A stretch of 64,000 bases of DNA from Spirochaetia bacterium (lineage in GTDB: Bacteria; Spirochaetota; Spirochaetia; SP-2023). The notes beneath the pieces are model-generated. The model was not told where the DNA came from and ran no database searches. It saw nothing but the letters and a program-made list of their open reading frames with translations. Both the position numbers and the translations under genes were made by a program. Where the stretch lies: NCBI GenBank assembly GCA_965225855.1, contig CBDDCK010000005.1, positions 480,001-544,000 of the forward strand, written 5' to 3'. Positions 21,250 to 31,467 of this stretch are shown here, one piece after another (the first letter of the stretch is position 1; the number at the start of each line of letters is the position of its first letter).

Positions 21250-22863
21250 ATGCTTTTGCTTTGTTTTTTTATTGGGGCGCTTCGCGTTTTATTTAATTTT
21301 GTGCTTATTGCGATAATTTTTATATCCCTGTTTTTTTCTTGTGCCAAAAATGTTGTAGAGCAAAAAGTTGCTGATGATTTGGACGCAAAGGAATATGTAT
21401 ATGACAGTGATTTTAATTCTGTGTTGGATGATAATACCATTCACACAGGACTTGCCACTTCAGTGAGTTTGCCCCAAGGCCGCAAACCGCTGCAAGTGTA
21501 TGTTCGCCAGCTTACAGACCGCGCTGCAGAAGAGCAAATAGCGGTTTCTCGGCACCCTCAAAATGGTAACTTAGAATTATTTTTAATATCGCCTAGGATT
21601 GTCTCGAGTGCAGAAGGTTCGGTAGCGGATTACCGGATTGTGGCCCAAAAACAATTGAAAATTGATTCAGAAGCCTTTGCTGTCCAAACGCAAGACTTAA
21701 CGGGCGATGGTACAACTTTGGAAATTTTTGTTAGTGGGCAAAATACAGTTACAGGTTTACAGCAAGTGTATGTATTTCAACTGCTCATTGATGGCCTAGA
21801 AAAAGATATTATTGGTTTACGTGAAATTTTTTACGCAGAGAGCAATGGTTCATACGAAATTTCATACGATAGTAGCCAGATAAATAACGGAAAAAATTAC
21901 TATATTGTTCATCAACGTTTGTTCGATCAGTTGAGCTACGAGCTTGAATTGAGCTATTTGGTTTGGAATGCGAAACAGCGTACTTTTGTAATAGAGCAAG
22001 TGAAAACAATTGACAATGGTGGAAAGCTTTCTGAAAACTTAAAAGCAATTTATCGTGGTAGTGCTGAAGATTTTATCCATGCTATTGACGGTTTATGGAT
22101 CAGCGCTATCAGTGCTCTCCATGAGGAGCCCGAGCAGGTTGGCAGAATAAAGCAAACAATAGCCGATGTATTTTTGTATTTTGATTCAGAACAAAAAGAA
22201 GTAATGGTTTACGCTGATACAATTGGTTTAAAAGCAAATGATCAAGTAATAGAAGTGTATACGATTGTCAATATGGTAAAAAGTTTGTGGAACCGTGTTA
22301 CATTAAATCTGCGCAATAAGTATGTATACAATATCCAAAATTATTTTTATGTAACGCTCGAAGATGATAATAAAATTAAGCTGTTTACTACAGATGAAAA
22401 TAGTTCTAGCGATGGAAATTATCAGAGAGTAAATATGCAGACCTATCAAGCTTATGAAGCCCAAAATATGGATAATGTGAGCACTGCGGATTTTCAATTG
22501 GAAGGCCGCTTTAGCGAGCGTGCAGATGGTAGACAATACACTTTTTTGCCTGATAAATTGATTTTGGTTGAGCCAGATGGTAAAACTTGGGAGGGAGCTT
22601 ATAGCTTGTTTTCTTGGCTTGGCAATAATTATCTGGAGTTTCGTTTATTGCAATTAAATAGTTTTGCCGAATATCACCGCAGTTACCGCATTGAGCTGGA
22701 CAGACAAATTGATGAAGAATCGGATATCTCGGTATTGCTATTGTATCCGGTGAAGTTGTTGCGTGCTGAACAAATTAACAATACTTCAGAAAATGTGATT
22801 CGCTTGGAGCAGCAACATGCTCAAGATTATGAAGTTAGGGGTCATAATGAAACTAGCAAGTAA
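21250..22863 (+). CDS. Pallilysin-related adhesin-like lipoprotein
   Basis: Lipobox SLFFSC, QDLTGDG motif; follows the CBM gene as recalled for other spirochaetes. Confidence 0.55.
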   Translation: MLLLCFFIGALRVLFNFVLIAIIFISLFFSCAKNVVEQKVADDLDAKEYVYDSDFNSVLDDNTIHTGLATSVSLPQGRKPLQVYVRQLTDRAAEEQIAVSRHPQNGNLELFLISPRIVSSAEGSVADYRIVAQKQLKIDSEAFAVQTQDLTGDGTTLEIFVSGQNTVTGLQQVYVFQLLIDGLEKDIIGLREIFYAESNGSYEISYDSSQINNGKNYYIVHQRLFDQLSYELELSYLVWNAKQRTFVIEQVKTIDNGGKLSENLKAIYRGSAEDFIHAIDGLWISAISALHEEPEQVGRIKQTIADVFLYFDSEQKEVMVYADTIGLKANDQVIEVYTIVNMVKSLWNRVTLNLRNKYVYNIQNYFYVTLEDDNKIKLFTTDENSSSDGNYQRVNMQTYQAYEAQNMDNVSTADFQLEGRFSERADGRQYTFLPDKLILVEPDGKTWEGAYSLFSWLGNNYLEFRLLQLNSFAEYHRSYRIELDRQIDEESDISVLLLYPVKLLRAEQINNTSENVIRLEQQHAQDYEVRGHNETSK

Positions 22864-23674
22864 ATATATTTGGATAACCGGTAGTTCTGGTGGTATTGGT
22901 TTGGCTATGGCCGAGCAAGCTGCGGCCGAAGGTGCTGCGGCTCTGATACTTTCTGGCAGTAATATAGATAAACTGAAGCAAGCTGCCCGTAATTTTGATA
23001 ATGTTTCCTGTAAGGTATTTTGCCTGTGTTTTGATATGAGTAAGTCCGATGAGCTGAAGCAAGCGGTAAAAAAATATTGGCAACAGTTTGACCGGCTAGA
23101 TATTTTAGTCCACAATGCAGGCTTGTCGCAGCGAGCACCAATGCTGAATACGGTGCTGGAGGTAGAGCATTATTTGATGCAAGTAAACTATTGGGGTGCG
23201 GTGGAACTCACAAAGTTATTGTTACCGAAAATGTTGGAAAACAAGTCTTGCTATATTGGTATTACCAGCAGTGTTACAGGTTTATTTGGCGTGCCGTTGC
23301 GCACTACATATTGTGCGAGCAAACACGCTTTAAATGGCTATTTTATGGCCTTGCAGACAGAATATTACCAAAAAGGGCTGCGTATAACGATTTTGTGTCC
23401 AGGCAAAGTCAATACAGATATTAGTAAATCGGCCCTCAAAGGTGATGGTACTTCTTTGGGAATTATTGAACAGGGTCATGAAACGGGTATCAGTGTGGCA
23501 CGTTGTGCGGCAATTTTTTGGAAAGCCCTTAAGCGTGGTCGTTTATTCTGTTATGCTGTCCGTTCGGAGGCTTTGGCCATTTGGCTACACCGCCTTTGGC
23601 CACAACTGGGTATGGCCTTGATTCGCAAAGTTTTGCCACTGCAAGAAGATGTTGACCCCAATTCTCGTTGGTAG
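22817..23674 (+). CDS. SDR family oxidoreductase
   Basis: ITGSSGGIG, HNAG, catalytic YCASK; likely start ATG 22847. Confidence 0.9.
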   Translation: MLKIMKLGVIMKLASKYIWITGSSGGIGLAMAEQAAAEGAAALILSGSNIDKLKQAARNFDNVSCKVFCLCFDMSKSDELKQAVKKYWQQFDRLDILVHNAGLSQRAPMLNTVLEVEHYLMQVNYWGAVELTKLLLPKMLENKSCYIGITSSVTGLFGVPLRTTYCASKHALNGYFMALQTEYYQKGLRITILCPGKVNTDISKSALKGDGTSLGIIEQGHETGISVARCAAIFWKALKRGRLFCYAVRSEALAIWLHRLWPQLGMALIRKVLPLQEDVDPNSRW

Positions 23675-23731
23675 CCTCCTGCCAGATAGTACAAAGGTTT
23701 ATAGTATTAAAATTTAAAAATTTGAGGGACT

Positions 23732-25839
23732 ATGCAAGAAAATTTAAATAAAAAAATCTAGCTTTAGCCAATATTTTTAAAAATGGTTTTCCTCTTACAA
23801 ATGTTATTGTTTTGTTATTTACTGTTTTATCATTTGTGTCTACTCAATTTTGTACTTCATTATTTGCTCAATCGGCCCAAAGTGAAGAGAGTAAGCAAGG
23901 GCAGCAAAACCGTGAATTTCCTTTGCATGTCGCTAGTATTGCTAATGATTTTAATTCTGCCGAATTTTTACTGGCTGCAGGCTATGATGTTGATCAACAA
24001 AATTCAGAAGGGGCTACTGCGCTCCATTTTGTAGCCAGTAAAGGCAATGAAGCAATGGCTCTGTTGTTATTAGAGCATTCAGCCAATTTAGAATTGAGTG
24101 ATTTATTTCAGCGAACGCCTTTGCATTATGCAGTTTCCAATAATTATCAGGATTTGGTTGAGTTGTTTGTCGAGCAGGGGGCCAATATTGATGCTGTAGA
24201 TGTTGATGGGCGCAGTCCATTATTTTATGCGGTGTTGCAAGGGCAAACAGAGGGGCAAAAAAATTTGCTAGAGTATCTGCTTGCTAGCGGAGCCTCGATT
24301 AATAATCAAGATATAAATGGCAGGACAACATTGCATATTGCCGTGCTCCAAAGTCAACAAGAAGGCCAACAAGATGGCTTGGAATCATTATTGGCCAAAG
24401 GGGGCAATGCCAATATTCAAGACTATAAAGGAATGTCGCCAATTCATTACGCTGCCTTTAGTGGCAATATTGGGGCTTTGAAAACTATGGCAAAATATAA
24501 TGCTGATTGGGAGCTTTCTTCAAAAGCAAGTGTTTCGCCGCTACAATATGCCATAATCAACCAAGCTTTGAGTGAAGAGCAGCGTCTGGTTGTCATTGAC
24601 TTTTTGTTATCACAGAAAGTCAATGTCAATCAAAAAAACCGTGGAGGGGGAACGGCTTTAAATATGGCCGTGGCCAATGGCCAATATTCGGTGGTAAAAT
24701 TGTTATTAGACAATGGTGCTCAAATTAATGCTATGGCAGAAGATGGTTGGGCGCCATTGCATATTGCTGCATCGCAAGGTGATGGGTCTATGCTCAAATT
24801 ATTATTGGCCTACAAGCCATTGTTGGGCCTGCAAAATGGGGAAGGCCAAACTGCTTACGACTTGGCTAAACGCTACTATGATGCTTTGGAGGGTAGCGAT
24901 AAAACTAGTGAGCAAGCAGATATTTTGCCTTTGCTCAATAATTTGCAACTGGCTAAAAAAGCAATAGAACCGATACAGATAGCAAAAGAAACAGCCCCTG
25001 TCGAGCAAGAACCAGAATTGGTAGAGCGAAAGCAAGAATCGTCAAAAAAAAATTATAGCGTTGATTTAGAGCACTATATGGCAAATCCCTATCCATTATT
25101 GGCAGCAATTGAAGCAGGTGATCGAGAAGCTGTTGGCGATTTTTTGCACATGCGCTATAGTATTGATCAGCACAATGCAAAAAACGAATCAGGGCTCTAT
25201 ATTGCTACTTTGCTCAATGATTTAGCGATGGTGAAATTCTTGTTGGACAATGGGATTGAGATGAACCAAAAAAATAACAGCGGTTGGGCTGCATTGCATC
25301 TGGCGGCTCGCAAGGGTTATAGCCAAATAGCAAAGTATTTAATGGAGCATGGGGCCAAAATAAACCAGCAAGTTGCCGGTGGTTGGACGGCCTTGCACTA
25401 TGCCTCTTGGAATGGACATATTGATATTGTTGTTATGTTATTGGAGCATGGAGCGCAAGTAAATCAGCAAGCTGCCAGTGGCTGGACGGCTTTGCATGAT
25501 GCAGCACGGCAAGGGCATTTTGCCATTGTTGAATTATTGCTGGAGAATGGCGCCGATCTAACCATCAAAGATAAAGAAGGCAATACAGCAGAAGATGAAG
25601 CCCGCATTCGAGAGCATCACAAAATTTCTGAATATTTAGCGGTTATGGGTCAGTCCACTACAGCCGAGGCCTCGGCAGAGGCAACAGAAAATCCAGAAAA
25701 TCTGGTTTTAGATAAAACTTTAAAACAGGCAAACTTGGCCAAGACTCACGATAGCCCAAATACAGATGATAGCGGTACTAATCACCAAAATAACCAAGCT
25801 GGTAGCGAAGTTGCTAATCACGCTGCGCAGGCTAAATAA
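23732..25839 (+). CDS. Exported ankyrin-repeat protein; apparent frameshift in the A7 run at 23750-23756
   Basis: Many TPLH/TALH...GA ankyrin repeats (ORF 23812-25839). ATG 23732 has a GAGGGA SD and joins the ORF as a signal peptide if one A is added. Confidence 0.85.
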
Positions 25840-25853
25840 TAGGAATGTATTAA

Positions 25854-26680
25854 ATGAGCGAAGGCATTTTACATAAATTGGGCCATTTACAAATATTGCA
25901 ATTAGCGGTTTTACAAGATAATTACAGTTATTTAATTCATGATACCATTAGTGGTGCCACACCGTGGCCCTTGACCCTGCTGCTGATGTAAAAATTGTTC
26001 GGCAATTAGCTAAGCGCAATTGGCCACTTCAAGCGATTTGGAATAGCCATTGGCATGCAGACCATTGTGGAGGCAATAGCGAATTGCTTGCATATGTTCA
26101 AGCTCAAAATGGCAATGGCATGAAAAATATAGAAGTTTTGGCCTATAGCTCCCAAAAAATTCCTAGCTGTACGCGCCAAATCTGTGATGGTGAAAGCATA
26201 GCACTGGGCCATATTGAATTTCAAGTACATGAAAGTTTTGGTCATACTCTTGATCATGTGATATTTTCTTGCCAACTACAAGATGGCCAGAGTTTAGCTT
26301 TTTGTGGCGATACTTTATTTTCTTTAGGCTGTGGCCGTTTATTTGAAGGTAGTGCCGAGCAAATGTTGCAAAGTTTGGACTTTATTGCCAGTTTGCCAGC
26401 GCAAACCTTGTTATTTTGTGGCCATGAATATACTCGGGCAAACTTGCGTTTTGCTTTATGGTTAGAAGAAAATAATTCTGTTTTACAGGATTTTGCTCAA
26501 AATTTAACTAATGTTACGCTACCATCGACATTAGCGTTTGAACTGGCAGCAAACCCGTTTTTGCGACTGCGTGAGAAACATTTTTCTACTGCAATGGTCA
26601 AGCATTTTTCTGTTCAATGGCATACTTGGTCAGCTGTTGAACGCTTGGCTCAAATACGTTTGCTCAAAGATCGTTTCTAA
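25854..26680 (+). CDS. gloB: Hydroxyacylglutathione hydrolase (glyoxalase II); apparent frameshift near 25959-25962
   Basis: SHWHADHCGG, GHTLDH, GDTLFSLGCGR, CGHEYT, NPFLR. The N-terminal LQDNYSYLIHD lies in another frame from ATG 25854. Confidence 0.88.
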
Positions 26681-26727
26681 TTTTGTAAAACTTAGGCTAC
26701 TATATAAGACAATTAGTTTTTTATTAT

Positions 26728-28113
26728 GTGGTTTGTAAAATTTTTGCTAGCTATATTAAAGTTATTCGATTACAATACGCAACTATGAAAATCACGAACA
26801 CAGCAATTATTATTTTAGGAGCTTCTGGCGATTTGGCAAAAAGGAAGCTTTTCCCGTCTCTTAACAATTTAGTTAAGAGAGGCTATCTTGACTTAGAAAC
26901 CTGTTTGGTTGTTGGTAATGGCCGTTCACAGATCAGTCATGAAGAATTTCAAGAGCGCAGCGGTGCTAGCAAAAATCCCGAACAAGCTAGTGCATATAGC
27001 TATTTTCAAGGGATTGAAGGGCTCTGGGCTTATATCAAAGAATTGGAGAAAAATATCCGAGGTGGTTTTGACAACCATATTGTGTTTTTCTCCTTGCCTG
27101 CAAGTGCTTATGTCAATCGTTGTAATCAATTACTGAAAGATGGCTTTCCTGCTGAAACAACTCGCGTTGTGATTGAAAAGCCTTTCGGGCTCAATTCAGC
27201 TACGGCAAAGCAGTTGAATAAAGATATATCCAGACTGTTTCCTTCTAAACAAATATATTTGATTGACCATTATTTGGGCAAAGAAACCCTGCAGAATATT
27301 ATGGCTATTCGTTTTGCCAATCAGCTTTTTACTCCTATTTGGAACCGCGACTATATTTGTGGCATTGAAGTCAACGGTTTGGAAAGTATTGGTATAGAAG
27401 GCAGGGGTAGTATTTATGAAGAGATGGGAGCTATCCGCGATGTAGTGCAAAACCATTTACTCCAGCTTCTGGCTCTCACGATGATGGAACCTCCGAAATC
27501 ACTACAAGCAGATGATATACGTTTTTCTAAGCATGAATTACTGAAAAAGACCCGTTGCGTACAATCCCATCGTTTCCAGTATGAAGGTTATCGCAATGAG
27601 GAAAATGTGGCTGCATCTTCTCAAGTAGAGACGTATGTAGAATTAGAATTAGCTGTAGACAACGAGCGTTGGCAAGGTGTTCCTATCTATATCCGTGGTG
27701 GCAAAAAATTGCACAGGGCTGGTGTGGAAGTTATTTTGCACTTGCGGCAAGGTCATAATTCTCTTTACCATAATAATCGGGAGTTGATTATTATTAATGT
27801 TCAGCCGGTCCCAGGCATTGAAATTTGGCAAAAAGCTAAAAAGCCCGGTTTAGTAGAAAATCAGCATTTCCCATTGCAAGATTTTAGTCTGAACTACGAT
27901 ATGAGCTACCGTCAAAGTAGCAATCGCGATGGAGTGGAAGCATATACGCAGTTATTTTATAGCGTTCTTTGTGGTGATTCTTCTCTTTTTGTGCATGTTG
28001 ATGAAGCTGTAACAGCTTGGGAAGTTGTGGAAAATATTCTGGAGCAAGGGGCACTGAAGTTTTATTCGCCAAATACCATGCCCAAAGGCGGGCTTGCAAA
28101 ATTGGTTTGCTGA
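26728..28113 (+). CDS. zwf: Glucose-6-phosphate 1-dehydrogenase
   Basis: GASGDLAKRKL, IEKPFG, IDHYLGKE, RDVVQNH, RWQGVP; likely start ATG 26785. Confidence 0.95.
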   Translation: MVCKIFASYIKVIRLQYATMKITNTAIIILGASGDLAKRKLFPSLNNLVKRGYLDLETCLVVGNGRSQISHEEFQERSGASKNPEQASAYSYFQGIEGLWAYIKELEKNIRGGFDNHIVFFSLPASAYVNRCNQLLKDGFPAETTRVVIEKPFGLNSATAKQLNKDISRLFPSKQIYLIDHYLGKETLQNIMAIRFANQLFTPIWNRDYICGIEVNGLESIGIEGRGSIYEEMGAIRDVVQNHLLQLLALTMMEPPKSLQADDIRFSKHELLKKTRCVQSHRFQYEGYRNEENVAASSQVETYVELELAVDNERWQGVPIYIRGGKKLHRAGVEVILHLRQGHNSLYHNNRELIIINVQPVPGIEIWQKAKKPGLVENQHFPLQDFSLNYDMSYRQSSNRDGVEAYTQLFYSVLCGDSSLFVHVDEAVTAWEVVENILEQGALKFYSPNTMPKGGLAKLVC

Positions 28114-28145
28114 ATGAGTTTATTTTGCTGTTTTAAGTAGTTTCA

Positions 28146-28180
28146 AAAAGCAGCTTGTGTTTGGAATACAAGCTGCTTTT
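28146..28180. terminator. Bidirectional intrinsic terminator between convergent zwf and hsp20
   Basis: AAAAGCAGCTTGT-N9-ACAAGCTGCTTTT, a perfect 13-bp inverted repeat that includes the A/T tails. Confidence 0.8.
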
Positions 28181-28185
28181 GCTCC

Positions 28186-28656
28186 TTATTGAAGATCAAT
28201 TATGCGTTTTGATTGTTGTGGCTGTTTTTTGGACAATTTCAAATACAGCACGCCGTCTTGTAATTGAGCTTCAATATTTTCTTCATCGATTGCTTTGCCA
28301 ATTTGGAAAACTTTTTGGCCTGTTCTTTGGCTTAAGTGTTGTGTAGCGAGGAATTTTCTTGGTTGTTGCTCCTGTTCTTTCTCTTCTTGAGATTTTTCTT
28401 GAGGCTCTTGTTTGACTTCGATAGAAAGCCAGTTATTTTCCACACTAACCTGTACTTGTTCTTTTTTGGCACCGGGTATATCTACTGAAATATAAAAAGC
28501 TTGTTCATCTTCTTGTATAGCAGAATCCATCCATGGGTTTGCCAGTTGATTGCCAAATTGGTTTTTAAGCTGGTTACCAAAAAAATTGTTGCTAAACCAG
28601 TCGTTATCCAATATCAATGGAAGGTTTCGTAGTGGCAGAATGCTGTGATGTAACAT
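28186..28656 (-). CDS. Hsp20/alpha-crystallin small heat-shock protein
   Basis: VDIPGAKKEQVQVSV, IEAQLQDGVLYLKLSK. Confidence 0.9.
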   Translation of the reverse strand: MLHHSILPLRNLPLILDNDWFSNNFFGNQLKNQFGNQLANPWMDSAIQEDEQAFYISVDIPGAKKEQVQVSVENNWLSIEVKQEPQEKSQEEKEQEQQPRKFLATQHLSQRTGQKVFQIGKAIDEENIEAQLQDGVLYLKLSKKQPQQSKRIIDLQ

Positions 28657-28725
28657 ATTTATCTCCTTGGGATTTTTGCTCCCTTATGTTTTTATTTTGT
28701 AAGCTAACGCTTACACAGTTATAAA

Positions 28726-28741
28726 AGCAAAGAATATGCCA
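28726..28741 (-). promoter_or_regulatory. Sigma-54 (-24/-12) promoter of hsp20
   Basis: Minus strand TGGCATATTCTTTGCT, GG-N10-GC spacing, 70 bp upstream of the start codon. Confidence 0.7.
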
Positions 28742-28871
28742 TTTTATTTGTGGCAGGTAAAAATATAAAAAATTTCATAAAACTTTATTTGTAAATGTTT
28801 TAATGATTAATCACAAGAAATAACATCACTCTCATGCTGTAGCAATTTGACCAAGTCAAAATATACCATAA

Positions 28872-29963
28872 GTGCAAAATGGAAACATAATTGAACGGTT
28901 TTATGGCATTGATAAAAATATAGGTTCATTTTTACCACAATTGAAATGCTGGTTAATTTACTGTGATTGGATATACTGCCCATCTATGGTTGATGAAGAT
29001 GCGAAAAATATTTGGGATCAATACGCTTTCCCTTGGAGTGATTGGTGCCCTTGTAGCCCCAAATCTTTGAATAGTATGTTGTCAAAATTGGGGGCAGCTC
29101 CTCGTAAGTACTGGGGGCAAAATTTTTTAATTGACTTTTCAGCTCAAAAACGCATCGTGCAGGCTGCCGGCATTCAGCTATTTGATCGTGTTTGGGAAAT
29201 TGGGCCGGGGCTGGGTGCTCTTACCCAGCATTTATGGCGGAATTGCCATCATTTAACTCTTTTTGAAATAGACCCGATTTTATTGAATTTTTATCGCAGT
29301 CGCTTGAGGATTTTTGGGGGCTTGGGAAATTTGGGAAGTCTGGAAAATTTAGGCAACTTAAAAATGGCGGAAATGGCAAAGCAAAACGTAGAAAATTGTG
29401 TGCAATATTGCTGTACATTGATAGCAGGAAATGTCGCTAAAACTTGGCGCAATGCAGGACCCATACCCGATATTGTCATTAGCAACTTGCCGTATAATGT
29501 GGCTAGCTTAATTATGAGTCAGTTTGCCCAAGAGCCAAATTTTCGGCCGCGCTGTATGGTGTTTACAATACAAAAGGAAATGGCCTTGCGCCTTACGGCA
29601 CAAAAGCGCAGTAAAGCGTATTCTTCTTTTAGCGTATTGCTACAAAGCCAGTTTCATATTGAGTGCTTATTTGATTTGCCATCGCAATTATTTTTCCCTA
29701 AGCCAAATGTAATTTCGGCAACCATTCGGCTTAGGCCCCGTGAGCATGGCTTGAGCGCAGCTCAAATTGAAGAATTGGAAAATATTAGCCGAATCATTTT
29801 TAGCCATCGGCGCAAAACGATAGCCAACAATATTAAAGCTAGCCAATATAGAGCGCGTTTTGCCGAATTGGAATTAAAATTTAATAGCCTAGGTATTCAA
29901 TGTAGTCAACGTGCTGAAGAAGTGAGTATTGAACAATTTTTAGCTTTGGCCCAAAAATTCTAA
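28872..29963 (+). CDS. rsmA: 16S rRNA adenine dimethyltransferase
   Basis: WGQNFL, WEIGPGLGALT, SNLPYNV, QKEMALRL, HRRKTI; true start probably ATG 28986. Confidence 0.92.
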   Translation: MQNGNIIERFYGIDKNIGSFLPQLKCWLIYCDWIYCPSMVDEDAKNIWDQYAFPWSDWCPCSPKSLNSMLSKLGAAPRKYWGQNFLIDFSAQKRIVQAAGIQLFDRVWEIGPGLGALTQHLWRNCHHLTLFEIDPILLNFYRSRLRIFGGLGNLGSLENLGNLKMAEMAKQNVENCVQYCCTLIAGNVAKTWRNAGPIPDIVISNLPYNVASLIMSQFAQEPNFRPRCMVFTIQKEMALRLTAQKRSKAYSSFSVLLQSQFHIECLFDLPSQLFFPKPNVISATIRLRPREHGLSAAQIEELENISRIIFSHRRKTIANNIKASQYRARFAELELKFNSLGIQCSQRAEEVSIEQFLALAQKF

Positions 29964-29989
29964 AAATTCTGCAAACTTATTTTGCGCTA

Positions 29990-31426
29990 TTATCTACGTT
30001 TTTTGTTGATTAAAATAATAGCCAACACGGCTAGAACACTGGCGATGCCTAGTTCTATTGTCCAAGGTTCAGCCAACAATATATAGCTTAGCAGCAGGAT
30101 AAATATGGGGTTTAAAAATAAAAAGCTAGCTACATGGTTGGGGCGCAAAAAGCGTAGCGCTAAAAAATATAGCGAAGTTCCCAAAATATTGCTTATGAAA
30201 ACTAAAATTAATAAAGTCACCCATTCGATTTCGATTGTGCTGTTAAGCCAAAACCAACCCCAGCTTGTCCACAGTGCGGAAAATAGATAGGTATAGAATG
30301 AATATTTTTGTAGGCTGTAGCTTTCTTGCAATTTACTGCTGAAGAGTGTTATCAGACTCCAAGAAAAGGCTGTACCGATAAATAAAATACTTTGCCAGTA
30401 ATTTTGGCTGTTTAATTGAGTACCTAAAATATTTTGTAAATAGGAAAGGCCACCAATTTGAATTAGGCCACTCAATATACCAAGCATCAGGCCCAGGATT
30501 TGGCTGCGTTGTAAGGGGGCTTTATGACTGTAGCTGTACAAAATAGCAGAAAAGCAAGGGATTAGCACCGAGTTGAGTATGCCGCCTTGGCTGGCATATT
30601 CGATATGTAAACCATAAAAATAACACAAGTTATACACGGAAAAACTAAGCCCAGAGAGTAACAAATAGGCTAGGTTCGTCCTGTCTAAAGCAAATTCTGC
30701 TTTCATGATCGAAGTTATAATCGATAAATTGTTTAGTTGGTTTCCCGTATTTGTTGTGTGCTCCTTTAGCCATATGATTTCTGAGGGCTTATTCGGGGGA
30801 AAAGAGCGTTTTTTTTGTTGTTTACGGATTTTCGGGTAGCAAGAAATTATTTGTAAAAAAAAGAAAAAAAATGCTAATAGGCTCATACGTAAAGTTGTCG
30901 CCAAGGGAGGAGCCAAGCCAGAGGTAGCGATTATCCTATAGATGACCCAGCCCGAAGCCCAAAACAATAGAGCTCCAAACAATGCTATATGTGCCAAAAG
31001 TAGCCGTAGCTGATGCCTTCGGGTACTGCTGTGCCATCTGCGATGGTATGGGGCGATGTAGTTGATAGGGCAACGCAATTCTTCATTGGCTAAAAAAAAT
31101 GTTTCGAGTGCTGCTGCTAAGCTTTCTTGCCCATCTCCTAAGACAATCTTGTCTATTTTAGCAGAATTTTGGAGTACATAAAATGTACCATGTTGGGTAT
31201 CAGAGCTAATGACTTGATCGACTAAGCCACTTTCGATTAAAGCTGCTTTGCGCTGTTCAAAATTCCAAGCAGGGCTGCGTTGCTTAAAGTAAACAATTTC
31301 TTCATCGCGCGCCAACACCACCCATAAATACTGCCCATGTTTACGGCTCGATTTGAGAAAATAACGATGGCCTTGGTGTAACATGTCAAAACTGCCAAAC
31401 ACCAGTACTGCTTGATTTTTGTTCAT
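29990..31426 (-). CDS. Fusion of an HxGH nucleotidyltransferase (RibL/FAD-synthase-like) and an EamA/DMT transporter
   Basis: N-terminal FGSFDMLHQGH, VVLARD, IVLGDGQ, SST, then about 10 hydrophobic segments in one frame. Confidence 0.75.
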   Translation of the reverse strand: MNKNQAVLVFGSFDMLHQGHRYFLKSSRKHGQYLWVVLARDEEIVYFKQRSPAWNFEQRKAALIESGLVDQVISSDTQHGTFYVLQNSAKIDKIVLGDGQESLAAALETFFLANEELRCPINYIAPYHRRWHSSTRRHQLRLLLAHIALFGALLFWASGWVIYRIIATSGLAPPLATTLRMSLLAFFFFFLQIISCYPKIRKQQKKRSFPPNKPSEIIWLKEHTTNTGNQLNNLSIITSIMKAEFALDRTNLAYLLLSGLSFSVYNLCYFYGLHIEYASQGGILNSVLIPCFSAILYSYSHKAPLQRSQILGLMLGILSGLIQIGGLSYLQNILGTQLNSQNYWQSILFIGTAFSWSLITLFSSKLQESYSLQKYSFYTYLFSALWTSWGWFWLNSTIEIEWVTLLILVFISNILGTSLYFLALRFLRPNHVASFLFLNPIFILLLSYILLAEPWTIELGIASVLAVLAIILINKKRR

Positions 31427-31467
31427 ATTTTGTTAGCGAATATCAACTCGAAATCAGGCTAAGCAAA

